Notes: generated by a model not told the origin, from the sequence alone. A DNA stretch of 64,000 nucleotides from Squalus acanthias (GCA_030390025.1 JASTWF010000033.1:1242001-1306000); one strand, 5' to 3'. Shown: positions 34,651-46,618, counted from the first letter of the stretch. Translations and numbers: made by a program.

Positions 34651-37201
34651 CTCTTTCTCTCTCCACAGATGTTGCCTGGCCTGCTGAGTTTTTCCAGCGT
34701 TTTCTGTTGTTATTTTGCAGCATCACCTCCCTACTCCTGTACTCAAATCCCCTTACTATGAAGGCCATCATTCCGTTTGCTTTCTTGACTGCCTGCTGCA
34801 CTTGCATTCCCACCTTCAGTGACTGATGTACCATGACGCCCAGGTCTCGTTGCACCTCCCCTTTCCCTAATCTGCCACCATTCAGGTAATAGTCCGCCTC
34901 TCTATTTTTACCACCAATGTGGATAACCTCACATTTATCCACATTGTACTTCATCTGCCATACATTTGCCCATTCACCCAACCTGTCCAAGTCACTCTGT
35001 AGCCTCCTAGCATCCTCCTCATTGTTCACACTGCCTCCCAATTTAGTGTCATCCGCAAATTTGGAGATATTACAATTAATCCCTTCGTCCAAATCATTAA
35101 TATATAATGTAAACAGCTGGGGTTCCAGCACCGAACCCTGCCGTACCCCGTTGGTCACTGCCTGCCATTCTGAAAAGTACCCATTTACTCCTACTCTTTG
35201 TTTCCTGTGTGCCAACCAGTTCTCAATCCACGTCAACACATTACCCCCAATCCCATGTGCTTTAACTTTGCTCACCAATCTCTCGTGTGGGACCTTGTCG
35301 AAGGCCTTCTGAAAGTCCAAATACACCACATCTACTGGTTCCCCCCTGTCCACCCTATTGGAAACATCCTCAAAAAATTCCAGAATATTTGTCAAGCATG
35401 ATTTCCCTTTCACAAATCCTTGCTGACTTGGACCTATCATGTCGCCACTTTCCAAATGGTCTGTTATGACATCTTTAATAATTGCTTCCATCATTTTACC
35501 CACGACCGATGTCAGGCTGACCGGTCTATAATTCCCTGCTTTCTCCCTCCCTCCTTTTTTAAAAAGAGGGGTTACATTGGCCCCCCTCCACTCCATCGGA
35601 ACTGATCCAGAGTCTAAGGAATGTTGGAAAATGATGGTCAATGCATCCACTATTTCCAAGGCCACCTTCTTAAGTACTCTGGGATGCAGACCATCAGGCC
35701 CTAGGGATTTTTCAGCCTTCAGTCCCATCAATTTCCCCAATACCTTTTCCCGACTAATAAGGATTTCCCTCAGCTCCTCCCTCTTACCAGATCCTCTGAC
35801 CCCTTTTATTTCCGGCAGGTTGTGTGTGTCCTCCACAGTAAACACCGAACCAATGTACTTGTTCAATTGTTCTGCCATTTCCTTGTTCCCCATTACGACT
35901 TCCCCTGTTTCCGACTGCAGGGGACCTAAGTTTGTTTTTACTAACCTCTTTCTTTTTACATATTTATAGAAGCTTTTGCAGTCCATTTTAATGTTCTCTG
36001 CAAGCTTCCTTTCATATTTTATTTTCCCTGCCCTAATCAAACCCTTCGTCCTCCTCTGCTGAGTTTTGAAGTTCTCCCAGTCCCCGGGTTTGCTGCTACT
36101 TCTGGCCAATTTGTATGCAACTTCCTTGGTTTTAATACTATCCCTGATTTCCCTTGTTAGCCATGGTTGAGCCACCTTCCCTTTTTTATTTTTACGCCAG
36201 ACCGGGATGTACAATTGTTGTAGTTCATCCATGCGATCTCTAAATGTCTGCCATTGCCCTTCCACTGATAGCCCCTTAAATATCGCTTGCCAATTTAACC
36301 TCGCCAACTCACGCCTCATACCCTCAAAGTTGCCCTTATTTAAGTTCTGCACCATGGTCTCTGACTTAACTGTTGCCTTCTCCATCCTAATGTAGAACTC
36401 CACCATACTATGGTCACTCTTCCCCAGGGGGCCTCGTACCACAAGATTGCTGATTAGTCCTTCCTCATTACACAACACCCAGTCCAGGATGGCCTCCCCT
36501 CGAGTTGGTTCCTCAACATATTGGTTTAGGAAACCATCCCTTAAACACTCCAGGAAATCCTCCTCCACCGTATTGCTTCCAGTTTGAGTAGCCCAATCTA
36601 CATGCATCTTAAAGTCACCCATGATAACTGCCGTGCCTTTTTTGCACGCACCTCTGATTTCCTGTTTCATACCCTCCCCCACCTCACTACTGCTGTTTGG
36701 AGGTCTGTACACAACTCCCACTAACGTTTTCTGACTTTTGGTGTTCTGCAGCTCAACCCATATTGATTCTACATCCTCCAAGCTGATGTCCTTCCTAGCT
36801 ATTGCATTAATCTCCTCTTTAACCAGCAATGCTACCCCACCCCCTTTTCCTTTTATTCTATCCTTTCTGAATGTTGAATACCCCTGGATGTTCAGTTCCC
36901 AGCTTTGATTGTTCTGGAGCCACGTCTCTGTAATCCCAATCACATCGTATCTGTTAACATCTATTTGCACAGTCAATTCATCCACCTTATTACGGATACT
37001 CCTTGCATTAAGACACAGTCTTTAGGCTTGTTTTATTAACATACTTTGTTCTTTTAGATTTATGATTTAGTATGGCCCTTTATGTTTCTTGCCTTTGTTT
37101 ACTCGGCCTTCCCCTATTGTTTCTCACCCTTCTAACATTTGTTTCTGACTGCATATTACTTCCCCCTGTTTCGCTACATAGGTTCCCATTCCCCTGCCAT
37201 A

Positions 37202-37395
37202 TTAGTTTAAATCCTCCCGAACTGCTTTAGCAAATATTACCCCGAGGACATCGGTTCCAGTCCTGCCCAAGTGCAGACCGTCCCTTTTGTACAGGTCCAA
37301 CTTCCCCCAGAACTGGTTCCAATGCCTCAGGAATTTGAATCCCTCCCTCCTGCACCACTGCTCAAGCCACGTATTCAATCTCACTATCCTGTTCT
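37202..37395 (-). pseudogene. CR1 ORF1 C-terminal fragment (SGNH/GDSL esterase-like)
   Basis: LNTWLEQWCRREGFKFLRHW...LYKRDGLHL (DxxH catalytic motif). Confidence 0.8.
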
Positions 37396-37410
37396 CTCTA
37401 TTCTGATTAC

Positions 37411-38006
37411 ATCTCGGAGCTCAGGTTGTGTTAATGTAAAGCTGGGTTGTGGATAAAGATACAAAGCTGACACAGCCGGGGAGAACTCACCATGTTGGAC
37501 ACAGACTTGCTGATTGACACTTGAAATGTTGCCAACATTTAACTGCAGCTCACAGTGTCAGGACAGTCACGGTTATTATCAGTCTTCCGTGTGTCTTCTT
37601 GCCCACTGCATCTCCCTAACAAACTTAGCTTATCACAGGCATGGCTGTCAATCAATTCGTTGCCAGTGTGAAAAATGCAGCATTCGAAACTTAACAACGT
37701 GTGCAGGACTGGAATCAGAGAGTGCCTGGGCAGTGATAACTTAACCTGAGTATGAAGATATTCATTAGGCCTGAGCCCTTCATGTATTGCTCAGTAGCCC
37801 ACTGAGTGAGGAGAGAAGAGACCACAGGCCGGGAATGGAGCGCAAGGAAGTGTATTTTGGATTGCTGTACCGAATGATGCGCTGCTGACTGTTGCGGCAG
37901 TATCAGCGGTGCAGCAGGTTGAAAGCTTCATCAGGGTGCTTTGATTGGTGGCAGTTCAAACATTCACAAAACGTAATGTTTCCTTACCGAGCATCGAATC
38001 CGGGCC
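37411..38006. repeat. Degenerate, rearranged remnant of the tRNA-array unit (forward 37411-37504, inverted 37503-37834, forward decayed Glu 3' fragment 37979-38006)
   Basis: atctcggagctcagg... continues the unit; the next block is the reverse complement of unit spacer; tttccttaccgagcatcgaatccgggcc resembles ttccctgaccgggaatcgaacccgggcc. Confidence 0.88.
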
Positions 38007-38189
38007 CTAGCTTTTCTCAGAGACAGAAAGAAACAGAGAGACACACAGACAGAGGGAAGCCGTCGGGAAATTGAATACTGATCAATTTACTATCAAGGAC
38101 CAAGGTAGAGGAGTTATGCAGTACTTGAGGCAAAGATTCAAACACACACTTAGACATGTGTGTGTGCTCTCTTTGTGTATGTATGTCTC

Positions 38190-38292
38190 AGATATCAGCC
38201 TTGCAAATTTTTCCTATTCAATAATTTATCCAATTCCCTTTTGAAAGTTACTATTGAATCTGCTTCCACCGCCCTTTCAGGCAGTGCATTCC
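38190..38292 (-). mobile_element. Short CR1-like LINE 3' fragment
   Basis: Reverse complement reads WNALPERAVEADSIVTFKRELD, typical of the CR1 ORF2 C-terminus. Confidence 0.65.
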
Positions 38293-38807
38293 CGAACACA
38301 CTCCCTGAGCCACTGGGCTTATCCACTTGTTTGCTGCCGCTGTTTTTTCTCAGTGCAATATTTAGTTTTGAGCTTCTGGCAATAATTGGCCACTAATCGA
38401 TCAAAGGGGAAAGTGACTGAGAAATAAACTGTGTCTGTGGCTGCATGAAACAGACATACTTTTTCCACTTATATGTCAATTTATTTATCAGCATCAAATC
38501 AGGAATTGAGCAGCTAAAATGATATTACAGTTCAATACAGAGCAGAGTGAATAAATTAATATACCCCAGGACGGGGATGGAGCCTCGGCCCTTCCCACAG
38601 AATATTTAAATTATATGATTGATTATTGATGCTGGCCGATTTATTTCTACACCTTGGAGTTCTGGAGAAACTACTTCATTATTTGTAGAACAAGCTGAGC
38701 CGACAGCTCCCTCGCTGTAACAACAGATAAGGGTAAGCCAGCAATAGTTCTGGCTGGTTTACCCGGTACACTCGGAGATTCTTAACTTCGGTGGAGCCCC
38801 ACATTGT

Positions 38808-39354
38808 TATCCTGGCAGCAGTCCTGATGCCTTCATCCTGCACCAGTCTAGTTTACCAGCAATCTTCCAGCCACCATGTCAAACCAAAGGGTGGCTGCTC
38901 GGAGACAAGGGCTTTCCGCTATGCACCTGGCTGATGACACCTCACCAATACCCCAACCACTCGGGGCCAGCAATCATATAATGAGAGCCATGCTGCCACG
39001 AGTTACCTCATCGCTCAGACTATCGGGGTGTTAAAGCAACGGTCCTTCAGCCTTGACGGCTCATGAGGAGCTCTCCAGTAAACACTGGAGTCCGATTTAG
39101 TGGTGATCTGCTGCATGCGCCACAACGTGGGCATCTTGAGGGCGAAGTGATTGCCACCACGGATTCTGGGACCACCTCAGGAGGAGGAGGAAGAGGAGGA
39201 AGAGCAGGAGGAGGAAGAGCAGGAGGCGGAATAGGTAGAAATGGAGGAGCAGGAGAACGAAGAAGAGGAGGATGGAGAAGGGAGGAGGCAGGCAGTAGAT
39301 CCTTGTTCTGGACAGGCAGTCCGTGAGCGCCTCATCAGATTCCAGTTCCTTTGA
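38808..39354 (+). pseudogene. Harbinger (HARBI1-like) DDE transposase C-terminal fragment, frameshifted
   Basis: YPGSSPDAFIL...GWLLGDKGFPLCTWLMTP / YNESHAAT...TIGVLKQR, followed by a Glu-rich (GAG)n tail. Confidence 0.85.
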
Positions 39355-39559
39355 ATGAAATTCCACATGCCTGTTGCTCACCAGTTCCCCATCTTACCAT
39401 CCCTCTGTCACAGAACATCACAGCGTCTTCCTGGTCACAAAGCTGAAATGAGAGCCACCACAAAACAGACATTCTAAACATAATTTATAAAGTTATCAAA
39501 TCACAATCAGAATAACAAAGTCAACTCTAATCGCACTTGTGCTTTCCCTCAGTGTCTGT

Positions 39560-40950
39560 CTTTCTTTCGTGTTGCTTCTCCTACTCTCGTGCTCCTACGA
39601 AGTGCTCCCCCAGTGGCTACAGAATGGCTGATGGAAGGCTGCTGACTTTCAATGGGGAGACTGCAGATGGCCTTGCAGGAAGACCTCGAGCAGCTCTGGG
39701 CCTAGAATGCCCGGCTGTAGACCGCACCACCTCGGCATGGACGGCAGTAGCCTGGGTTTGCTGGATGACAGGCAGCAGCAAGGGCACTGCCAGAGTTGCA
39801 GTGGTGGGAGTATGAATACTGTTATCCTGAGAGAGGACTGCAGGTTCTTGCTCTGTGGAGCCACTGCCACTTCCCAGGGTGGCGCCTCTGCAATTCTAGC
39901 CTTCTATTTGGTGAAAGATTGCCGGAGTGCTGTGAAACCCCGCACTTCATACTCGTAAAGCCAGCCACGAGGCAGCAATGTGAGCTTCCACTGCAGTACT
40001 GAGACGTTGGGTCGCTTCCGCCTGTGCTGCAATGGAAGCTGTGACATCACCCATCACACACTGCATCATGGCTGGGTCTACTAGGTCTCTCATGGAGTTG
40101 CCATTCATTTCCATCCTGGAAATCACGGGCTCCAAGCTCTGTGCAAATTCCTGTGCAATGTTGGAGCTGGACATCTCCATGCTCCTTGGCACTGACAAGA
40201 GGCCCTCTGGCAGGCTTGCCATTGCACCTAGCATTTCAGTGTGCATACCCATCACCCTTCTTCTGATGGCCGTCCCATTGAGGTACTGATCTGATTCCTG
40301 TGCATCAGAACTCGTGCATGAACTCACCCACTGGGGAGCTGACACCCATCTATCCTTTCCCCCTGACCTGGCTGCAGCCCACTGGTGTCCAGTAACTCAC
40401 CACCTGCAGAGCCTGCCTCTATACTACACTCTAAAATCCTCGCAGTGCCATTTTCTGAGCTGGAGCCTGTGAATATCAGATGCATTGACGGTGCTCCTGC
40501 ACTGCTCTCCTCCAAAGATTCGGGGACAGGTTGGCGTAGTTGGAATTCGTGCGTATCTGAAAGGAGAAAGGCACAAGGGTCGAGATGTGGTGAATGAAGG
40601 GGGATAGCACGATATCCATGCCTACACCATCAGTGTGTTGCATTGAGCAATGTGTGAGGCTAGTGGTGCAGATGGTGCGATATGGCATTTGATGATGCAT
40701 TCACCCACCTTGACCACTCGTCTGAGGTCATTAAACTTTAAGCCGGATTGCATCCAGGTCTTGGGGCTAAAACTTGTCGCACTGACGGCTTCAGCGATCA
40801 CCTCCCGCAGCCTTCTGTTGTCCTTCCTTGAAAGCCTCTTGCCACTCTTAGATAGACGGCCTGACAACGTCTTTGAAACTCGCGGACCAAGGCCTCCATT
40901 GCTGCATCTGAAAATCACCTCGTCCTTTCTCTTAGCTGTTGGAACATGGT
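39560..40950 (-). pseudogene. Harbinger Myb/SANT-like DNA-binding protein gene remnant (spliced)
   Basis: EVIAEAVSATSFSPKTWMQSGLKFNDLRRVVK followed by a donor-like GTGGGT; downstream low-complexity/coiled-coil-like ORF pieces; limits approximate. Confidence 0.65.
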
Positions 40951-41239
40951 TTTCTCCACAATGACAATGAGGTGCTTCTGCAACAAGGCACTTCCCCTTT
41001 AATAGTGCAGCGAACCTAGGCCAAACTTTATTGGCCAGTAGACTGCACACGATATTGTCCCCCCTGCTCAGCACTAAGTCAATCAGCAGCGGATTTAGCG
41101 CTGAGATCCGCATTGCAATCATTACAATAAGCAGGCAGCACGAATTGTGTGTGCTGCCTGCAACACTTAGGAAGGACTGGGGCAGATCGAGCTTTGCGCT
41201 GCCTGCGCCTGTTTTCAGGACTTGTAAAATTTCTAGAGC

Positions 41240-41490
41240 TATATTCCAGCTCAGAACAAATTGCCGCATTACAACAATGCTCCTGATATTCCTCCTGGAT
41301 TTTTTCTTGCAAATTATCCTAAATCTGTGTCCTTTGGTTATCGACCATCCTGCCAGTGGAAACAGTTTCTCCCTATATACTCTATCAAAACACTTCATGA
41401 TTTTGTTTTCCTCATTTAAATCTCCATTTAACCCTCTCTGCTCTAAGAAGAACAATCCCAGATTCTCTAGTCTCTCCACGTAACTGAAGT
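41240..41490 (-). mobile_element. CR1-like LINE 3' fragment
   Basis: ERLENLGLFFLEQRGLNGDL...KLFPL...TKGHRFRI. Confidence 0.8.
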
Positions 41491-42354
41491 CTCCGGTAAC
41501 AATTTAGGGATTAGCTCTTTGTCTGATGGCGATCCCTGGAAATGTGATTTATTTGCACTCTGCAACTGGAAGTGAGAAAATAAGTGTAGGAACTCCTGAC
41601 AGTGAGTTCTTTGCAGGGGTTCTGTGGAATAGTTAGTATTTGCGAATGGGTTCCCAGGAATTGTGCCATAACTCCAGTAAGTTCCATGCACTTGTACATG
41701 TTTATTCAGGTACCAATGATTACATCACCATCTGCAGGTTTGGGGCACTTGGAATCTTGTTATACCGGTTCCTGGAGGTGTATCAATATTAGTGGGGAGT
41801 CCTCAGGAATGTTTCAATGTTTAGAGCAGGTACATGGCCATATCTGACTAAGTGCAGCGTCAATGGTTGTGTATTTCTGGAAAGATTCACGGGTCATGTG
41901 CACACATTCTTTGCGGTCGCCAGGAGTGTGTCTGCATTTTAAGGGCAATGGAAATAGGACAATGTTTGCCATGGATCTTCAGAAATGAGCAAAGGATATT
42001 CCCGGGGGCTCAACCAAATGGTTTGCTTTCACTGACTGAGGTTAAAGTCCACACTGAGAATTGGATATAAATTCTCTGAAATTACAGAACCTCATTATCA
42101 CAGAGATCATCAGAAACCTGTAACTAAACCTGTTCTCGCTTCACCCAATGCGATCATACTAACGATTCCACATAGTCTGATTAACCCTGAGCTTTGGGGA
42201 GATTCACTTTACATCTGTGCAATATCGGGCTAAATATAGTTTATGATATTGCAACACGATGTGTAAAAGAGATTAACTGAATCTGTTTGTTCAGTCACTG
42301 TAATTAATGTCAGTCTCCTTGCGCCCTAATGATGTCAGTGGAGATTTCTCTCGC

Positions 42355-42365
42355 CATACATAAGG
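42355..42365 (+). promoter_or_regulatory. Possible TATA-like element of the GPCR gene
   Basis: CATACATAAGG about 120 bp upstream of the ATG, with TGATGTCA and TAATTA further upstream; motif evidence only. Confidence 0.25.
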
Positions 42366-42480
42366 GCCTTCGCTCAGTGTGTTAACCCAGAGTGTCTCTC
42401 GGAGCTTGGTCTGCAGAACAACCCGGGATCAGCGTTCAGCAGAAGTTGGAAATACGGATCGGAGTCCTCCATGAGAAAAT

Positions 42481-42550
42481 ATGGCAATGCTTGCAATTTA
42501 TAGTGTACAGAAGATTTATTATCCCACCCTCGCTGTTTTTGGTGTCCCTG
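42481..42550 (+). CDS. GPR139-like class A GPCR, exon 1 (MAMLAIYSVQKIYYPTLAVFGVP, phase-1 intron)
   Basis: ATG at 42481, donor G|GTAAGT at 42550/42551; splices in frame to exon 2 to complete TM1 (GVPVN). Confidence 0.88.
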
Positions 42551-43454
42551 GTAAGTCTCTATCTCCAGGTATTAATCCTGTAACCATTTTAATTGTATTC
42601 CTGCCTGTAACTTTCAAATCCCAGATGCTGTCGGTGTTCCTTGTAAGTGACCATATTACTATTTCATACTGGAAACGATATTTAACTGTAAACACTATGT
42701 TCATTGTGCAAGTCTGCATATCCAAAAATTCATTGTACTCAGTTTATTCCTCTTGCTTTGTGTCTGAAAGTAACTTGTTCCCCGACAGTGTCACTGGGTG
42801 ATTTATTGAATGAATATCTTACAATCTGCAGTCCGGTCTGAGTCTGGGAGTAGATTTTACACTTTACCCTCTGGGCGTTGAACAGCGACTGAGGAGGCCG
42901 GTGGAACAAGAAGTGGGCGAGAAGGATTTACAACACCAGCCACAGTCGTTCCATTGATTTTCAAGGAAGGTGAATCTGGCGGGTTCTATTATTGGTGAAG
43001 GGTCTGTTCCCCGCCCCGATTATCTGTGTGTGCTCCGGACAGGCGGTGATTGATTGTTAAACAGTGAAGATCGAATCAAATCCAATCAGGAATATGTTCA
43101 TGGCTTCAAGGATATTTTTTATATCTGTTGGGTAAAATTAATGATACAGTGTTGCAATTGGCGATAAATCATTCCAACTGATTTTAATTGCAATTGATTG
43201 TAAATGGAGTAAGGTGCATTGTAGATTCCTTTATCATTTTATCGTTTTGTATTCCCTCTATCAATTTGAAACCTATTCAGTTCTCACTCACATGTGGGCA
43301 GCGCCAGATTAGCATTGTTTCACTTCCATTCAGATTCTTTCTCAAACACAAGGTGGCAGATCGAATCGTTAGTTACATCATCAGCCCCTTTATAGTGGCT
43401 GCCCATCCGAATAGCTTTGAAATACGAATGGGAATTCTCCCATCACAAAGTAAT

Positions 43455-43820
<366 letters not shown>

Positions 43821-44536
43821 TACATTTTGTATTGGTAATAGTGTAAGATCGCTGATGTAACACTGGCCTCCCATTATACACCTCTCACGAATTTCCTTTA
43901 CATTGATTTTAATGGATAGCGAAACCGAGTGGGGTTTTAGAAACATTGGCCCATTCGATATTGTCTCGTTTACTTCTTTGCTGAAATTTAAAAGTTGCGC
44001 CAGTAATCAATGATTGATATCGGGCAGTGTGTACAATACTCAGCCAATCCGCTAGTGACCATTTTTATCCGGGAGCAAAAGAGAATATTCCGTTGTTATT
44101 GCCAATACTGATTTTTTTTAAAGTTTCTCTCTCTTCCTCTCCAGAAGGTATTGTGACCTTGATGAGTTTTCACAAGACAGCTATCTCATGTGCCACACAT
44201 GATTACAGATGATTCTCCTTTGGTCTATTTTTCCACTGCCCTTTCACACGCCAGATGTTTCCTGCCCAGAAGGAGACGGTTCAGCCTTCTCTCAGTCTCA
44301 GCTGTTTGCTGCAGTATTTCAAAAACGACTCCCCAGACCCACTCTCTCCTCATGACCCGGTGTCTTCCTCTGCTCCTTGTACTGTTCTCCTCTTCAGTTA
44401 GAAGTATATCCTCTAAGAGTGATTTACGCTGTCTCGAGTTCAGACCCATCTCACGGCTGATGCTAATTTTGAAATATCTCATTGATGATTTTAGGTCACT
44501 CTTGTTCTCTGCCTCTGTATCTAATTTCAGCTATCA

Positions 44537-44707
44537 TTTGAAGCTATCCCGCCCGGCGGGAACCAGGCGAGTTCGGGCCGGACACCCGTTTTACAGCCCG
44601 CCCGATTTCGCTATGCATTGACTTCAATGTTGCGGACCATTGGACGGTGAGTAAAACAGGTGTCCGACTTGAATACACCCCATTCCCGCTGGTCGGGTTA
44701 GTTTAAA
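44537..44707. mobile_element. Palindromic MITE-like element
   Basis: Nested inverted repeats cccgcccggcgggaa/ttcccgctggtcggg and ggacacccgttttac/gtaaaacaggtgtcc around a central cattgacttcaatg. Confidence 0.65.
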
Positions 44708-44898
44708 CTCCGGGTTTATACAGGCCCTTGCTAGGTTTCGGTACCAGGGACCACTCTGAAATTACCGTTCATTAAGTTTGAGGCGAGGCAGCAGGTGTAA
44801 AATATCATTCTGCCATGGCACATAACGTGGCTGAACAATCCTTTTACTCGTCAAACATTCAAACAGACACTTTCCAGCAGAAGTCATTACACAATGTA

Positions 44899-45251
44899 CA
44901 GGAGCAGGACCAAGGCGTATAGCCCACCATATCACAGGGTCACTGATCAGGAGCAGGACCAAGGCGTATAACCCACCATATCACAGGGTCACTGATCAGG
45001 AGCAGGATCAAGGCGTATAACCCACCATATCACAGGGTCACTGATCAGGAGCAGGATCAAGGCGTATACCCCACCATATCACAGGGTCACTGATCAGGAG
45101 CAGGACCAAGGCGATTACCCCACCATATCCCAGGGTCACTGATCAGGAGCAGGACCAAGGCGTATACCCCACCATATCACAGGGTCACTGATCAGGAGCA
45201 GGACCAAGGCGATTACCCCACCATATCCCAGAGTCACTGATTAGGAGCAGG
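44899..45251. repeat. 49-bp minisatellite, ~7 copies
   Basis: caggagcaggaccaaggcgtataacccaccatatcacagggtcactgat at 44899, 44948, 44997... Confidence 0.95.
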
Positions 45252-45254
45252 TCT

Positions 45255-45908
45255 CATGTGAACAATGGTCAACAGAAGAGGTGAGAGATAACATAAAGCT
45301 AATGGAAAGAACATACAAAAGTGAAAATAATAGTGTAGATCGAGAGGGCTGCCAGAGATAGACAGAACAGCAAAGGAAGACAACACAGATATTAAGAGCT
45401 GGAAAGAGGGAATACGAAAAGAAAATTGCGATGGATTTCAAGAGCAACGCAAAAGGTTTTTTACAATTATATAAGAGAAAAAGTAGTCGGGATAACGTAA
45501 GCAAGAAAACAGTATCAGCAAATATAATGGCACTGAAGACTGATAATCCCGAGAACCAGCTGGTTTCCACCCCAGGGTTATGAAGAAAGTAGTGAGGAAA
45601 TTGCAGATGGTTTAGCCATAATCTTCCGAAGCTCTCTCGAGTCATTAATATTTCCCATTAGGTTGCAAAATTACAAATGCAATTGTTATTTAGGAAAGGT
45701 GAGAGAGAGATACCAGGAAATTGAAGACCAGGTAGTCTAACATCTGTTTTGGGAAGTGATTCAGCTAAACTGAGCATTTGTTGGCTATTAAGTTATACAG
45801 ACACGAAGCAGATGAATGGAGTTTGGATACAGATAGCCCAGATCTCATTAAATGGCGGAACAGGCTCGATGGGCTGAATGGCACACTCCTGCTCCTAAGT
45901 TCATATGT
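45255..45908 (+). mobile_element. Highly decayed, internally deleted CR1-like LINE fragment
   Basis: Remnants of the HPRVxK/xRPxSLTS regions and the 3' UTR hairpin ggaacaggctcgatgggctgaatggc...ctcctgctcct. Confidence 0.65.
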
Positions 45909-45909
45909 G

Positions 45910-46250
45910 ACATCCCAACAATACCCAGGGTCTCTGATCAGCATCAGGAGTAAGGGGATTACATACGCAGCATATCTCAGGGTCAGTGATCAGGAGCAGG
46001 ACCAATGGGAGTTTCACCCTCAGTACATCCCAGAGTCACTGATCAGGAGCAGGGCCAAGGGGGTTACACCCTCAGCATATCTCAGAGTCACTGATCAGGA
46101 GCAGGGCCAAGGGGGTTACACCCTCAGCACATCCCAGAGTCACTGGTCTGGAGCAGGGCCAAAGTGGTTACACCCTCAGCACATCCCAGAGTCACTGCTT
46201 CGGAGCTGGAACCAGAGGGATCAACCCCACCATATCACAGGGTCATTGAT
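45910..46250. repeat. Diverged continuation of the ~49-50-bp minisatellite, ~7 copies
   Basis: cccagagtcactgatcaggagcagggccaagggggttacaccctcagca repeats. Confidence 0.88.
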
Positions 46251-46618
46251 TCCAATTGTAACTGACTAGGCCCAGATTCGACCGTGGGACGTTTTGTCAG
46301 CACCATCAGGTTTTGTTGGCACCAGTCAGTGTGCTTACTCTTTGTTCATTAGTGCAAACCACATTCTAATGTTGGACATTTCTGAATAAATATAACCGTG
46401 TTATTTTCATGTTTATTTATCCAATTTGCTCAGACCTTGACTTCACAAATCATTACTGACAGTTGACTTGAAGTCTTAGCTCTAACATTGACTTCTGTGA
46501 CATCGGATTCCATCACGGGATGTTGTGAGCTTTCAGTAAATTACATCCATTGATCCACGACACTGATATTTCTGCTCCCATCCTGATGTGTAATTTCCCT
46601 TGCCCCCCTTCCTTACAG

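Larger units (their letters stand above)
34295..34715. mobile_element. Penelope-like element fragment (3' end/pLTR on minus strand with an inverted pLTR copy), 13-bp TSD
   Basis: TSD tgcagcatcacct at 34282-34294 and 34716-34728; inverted arms 34331-34448 and 34598-34715; hammerhead-type core in each arm. Confidence 0.8.
33780..37020 (-). pseudogene. CR1 ORF2 (AP endonuclease + reverse transcriptase), interrupted by a 421-bp insertion at 34295-34715
   Basis: ITETW, YRPP, GDF and SDH endonuclease motifs; NYRPVSLTS, YLDFQKAFDKV, FADD; ...REVMLQ joins LYRALVRPHLEYC across the insert. Confidence 0.93.
33679..37405 (-). mobile_element. CR1-clade LINE, 5'-truncated inside ORF1, recent insertion
   Basis: 3' tandem tail (tttctatg)n at 33679-33710; ORF2 with APE and RT domains; C-terminal part of an ORF1 esterase. 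Confidence 0.95.
38808..41240. mobile_element. Decayed PIF/Harbinger DNA transposon (convergent transposase and Myb/SANT genes), left-truncated
   Basis: Plus-strand HARBI1-like motifs and a minus-strand trihelix/Myb-SANT motif in the tail-to-tail layout; ends approximate. Confidence 0.8.

Noticed and set aside
34613..36985. 790-aa ORF as a complete host gene
   Set aside because: It is CR1 ORF2; its last ~33 residues are read-through into the Penelope-type insert.
38560..38600. Possible further tRNA remnant (ccccaggacggggatggagcc)
   Set aside because: Only a vague B-box resemblance with no stems or A box; not supportable.
40622..41479. 285-aa ORF as a novel RT-Myb fusion protein
   Set aside because: Chance open frame running from a CR1 fragment through the Harbinger terminal region into the decayed Myb exon; non-ATG start and degenerate motifs.
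46600..46618. TTG start for a single-exon GPCR, as in the ORF track
   Set aside because: This stretch is a polypyrimidine tract and AG acceptor; TM1 is completed by the upstream exon at 42481-42550.
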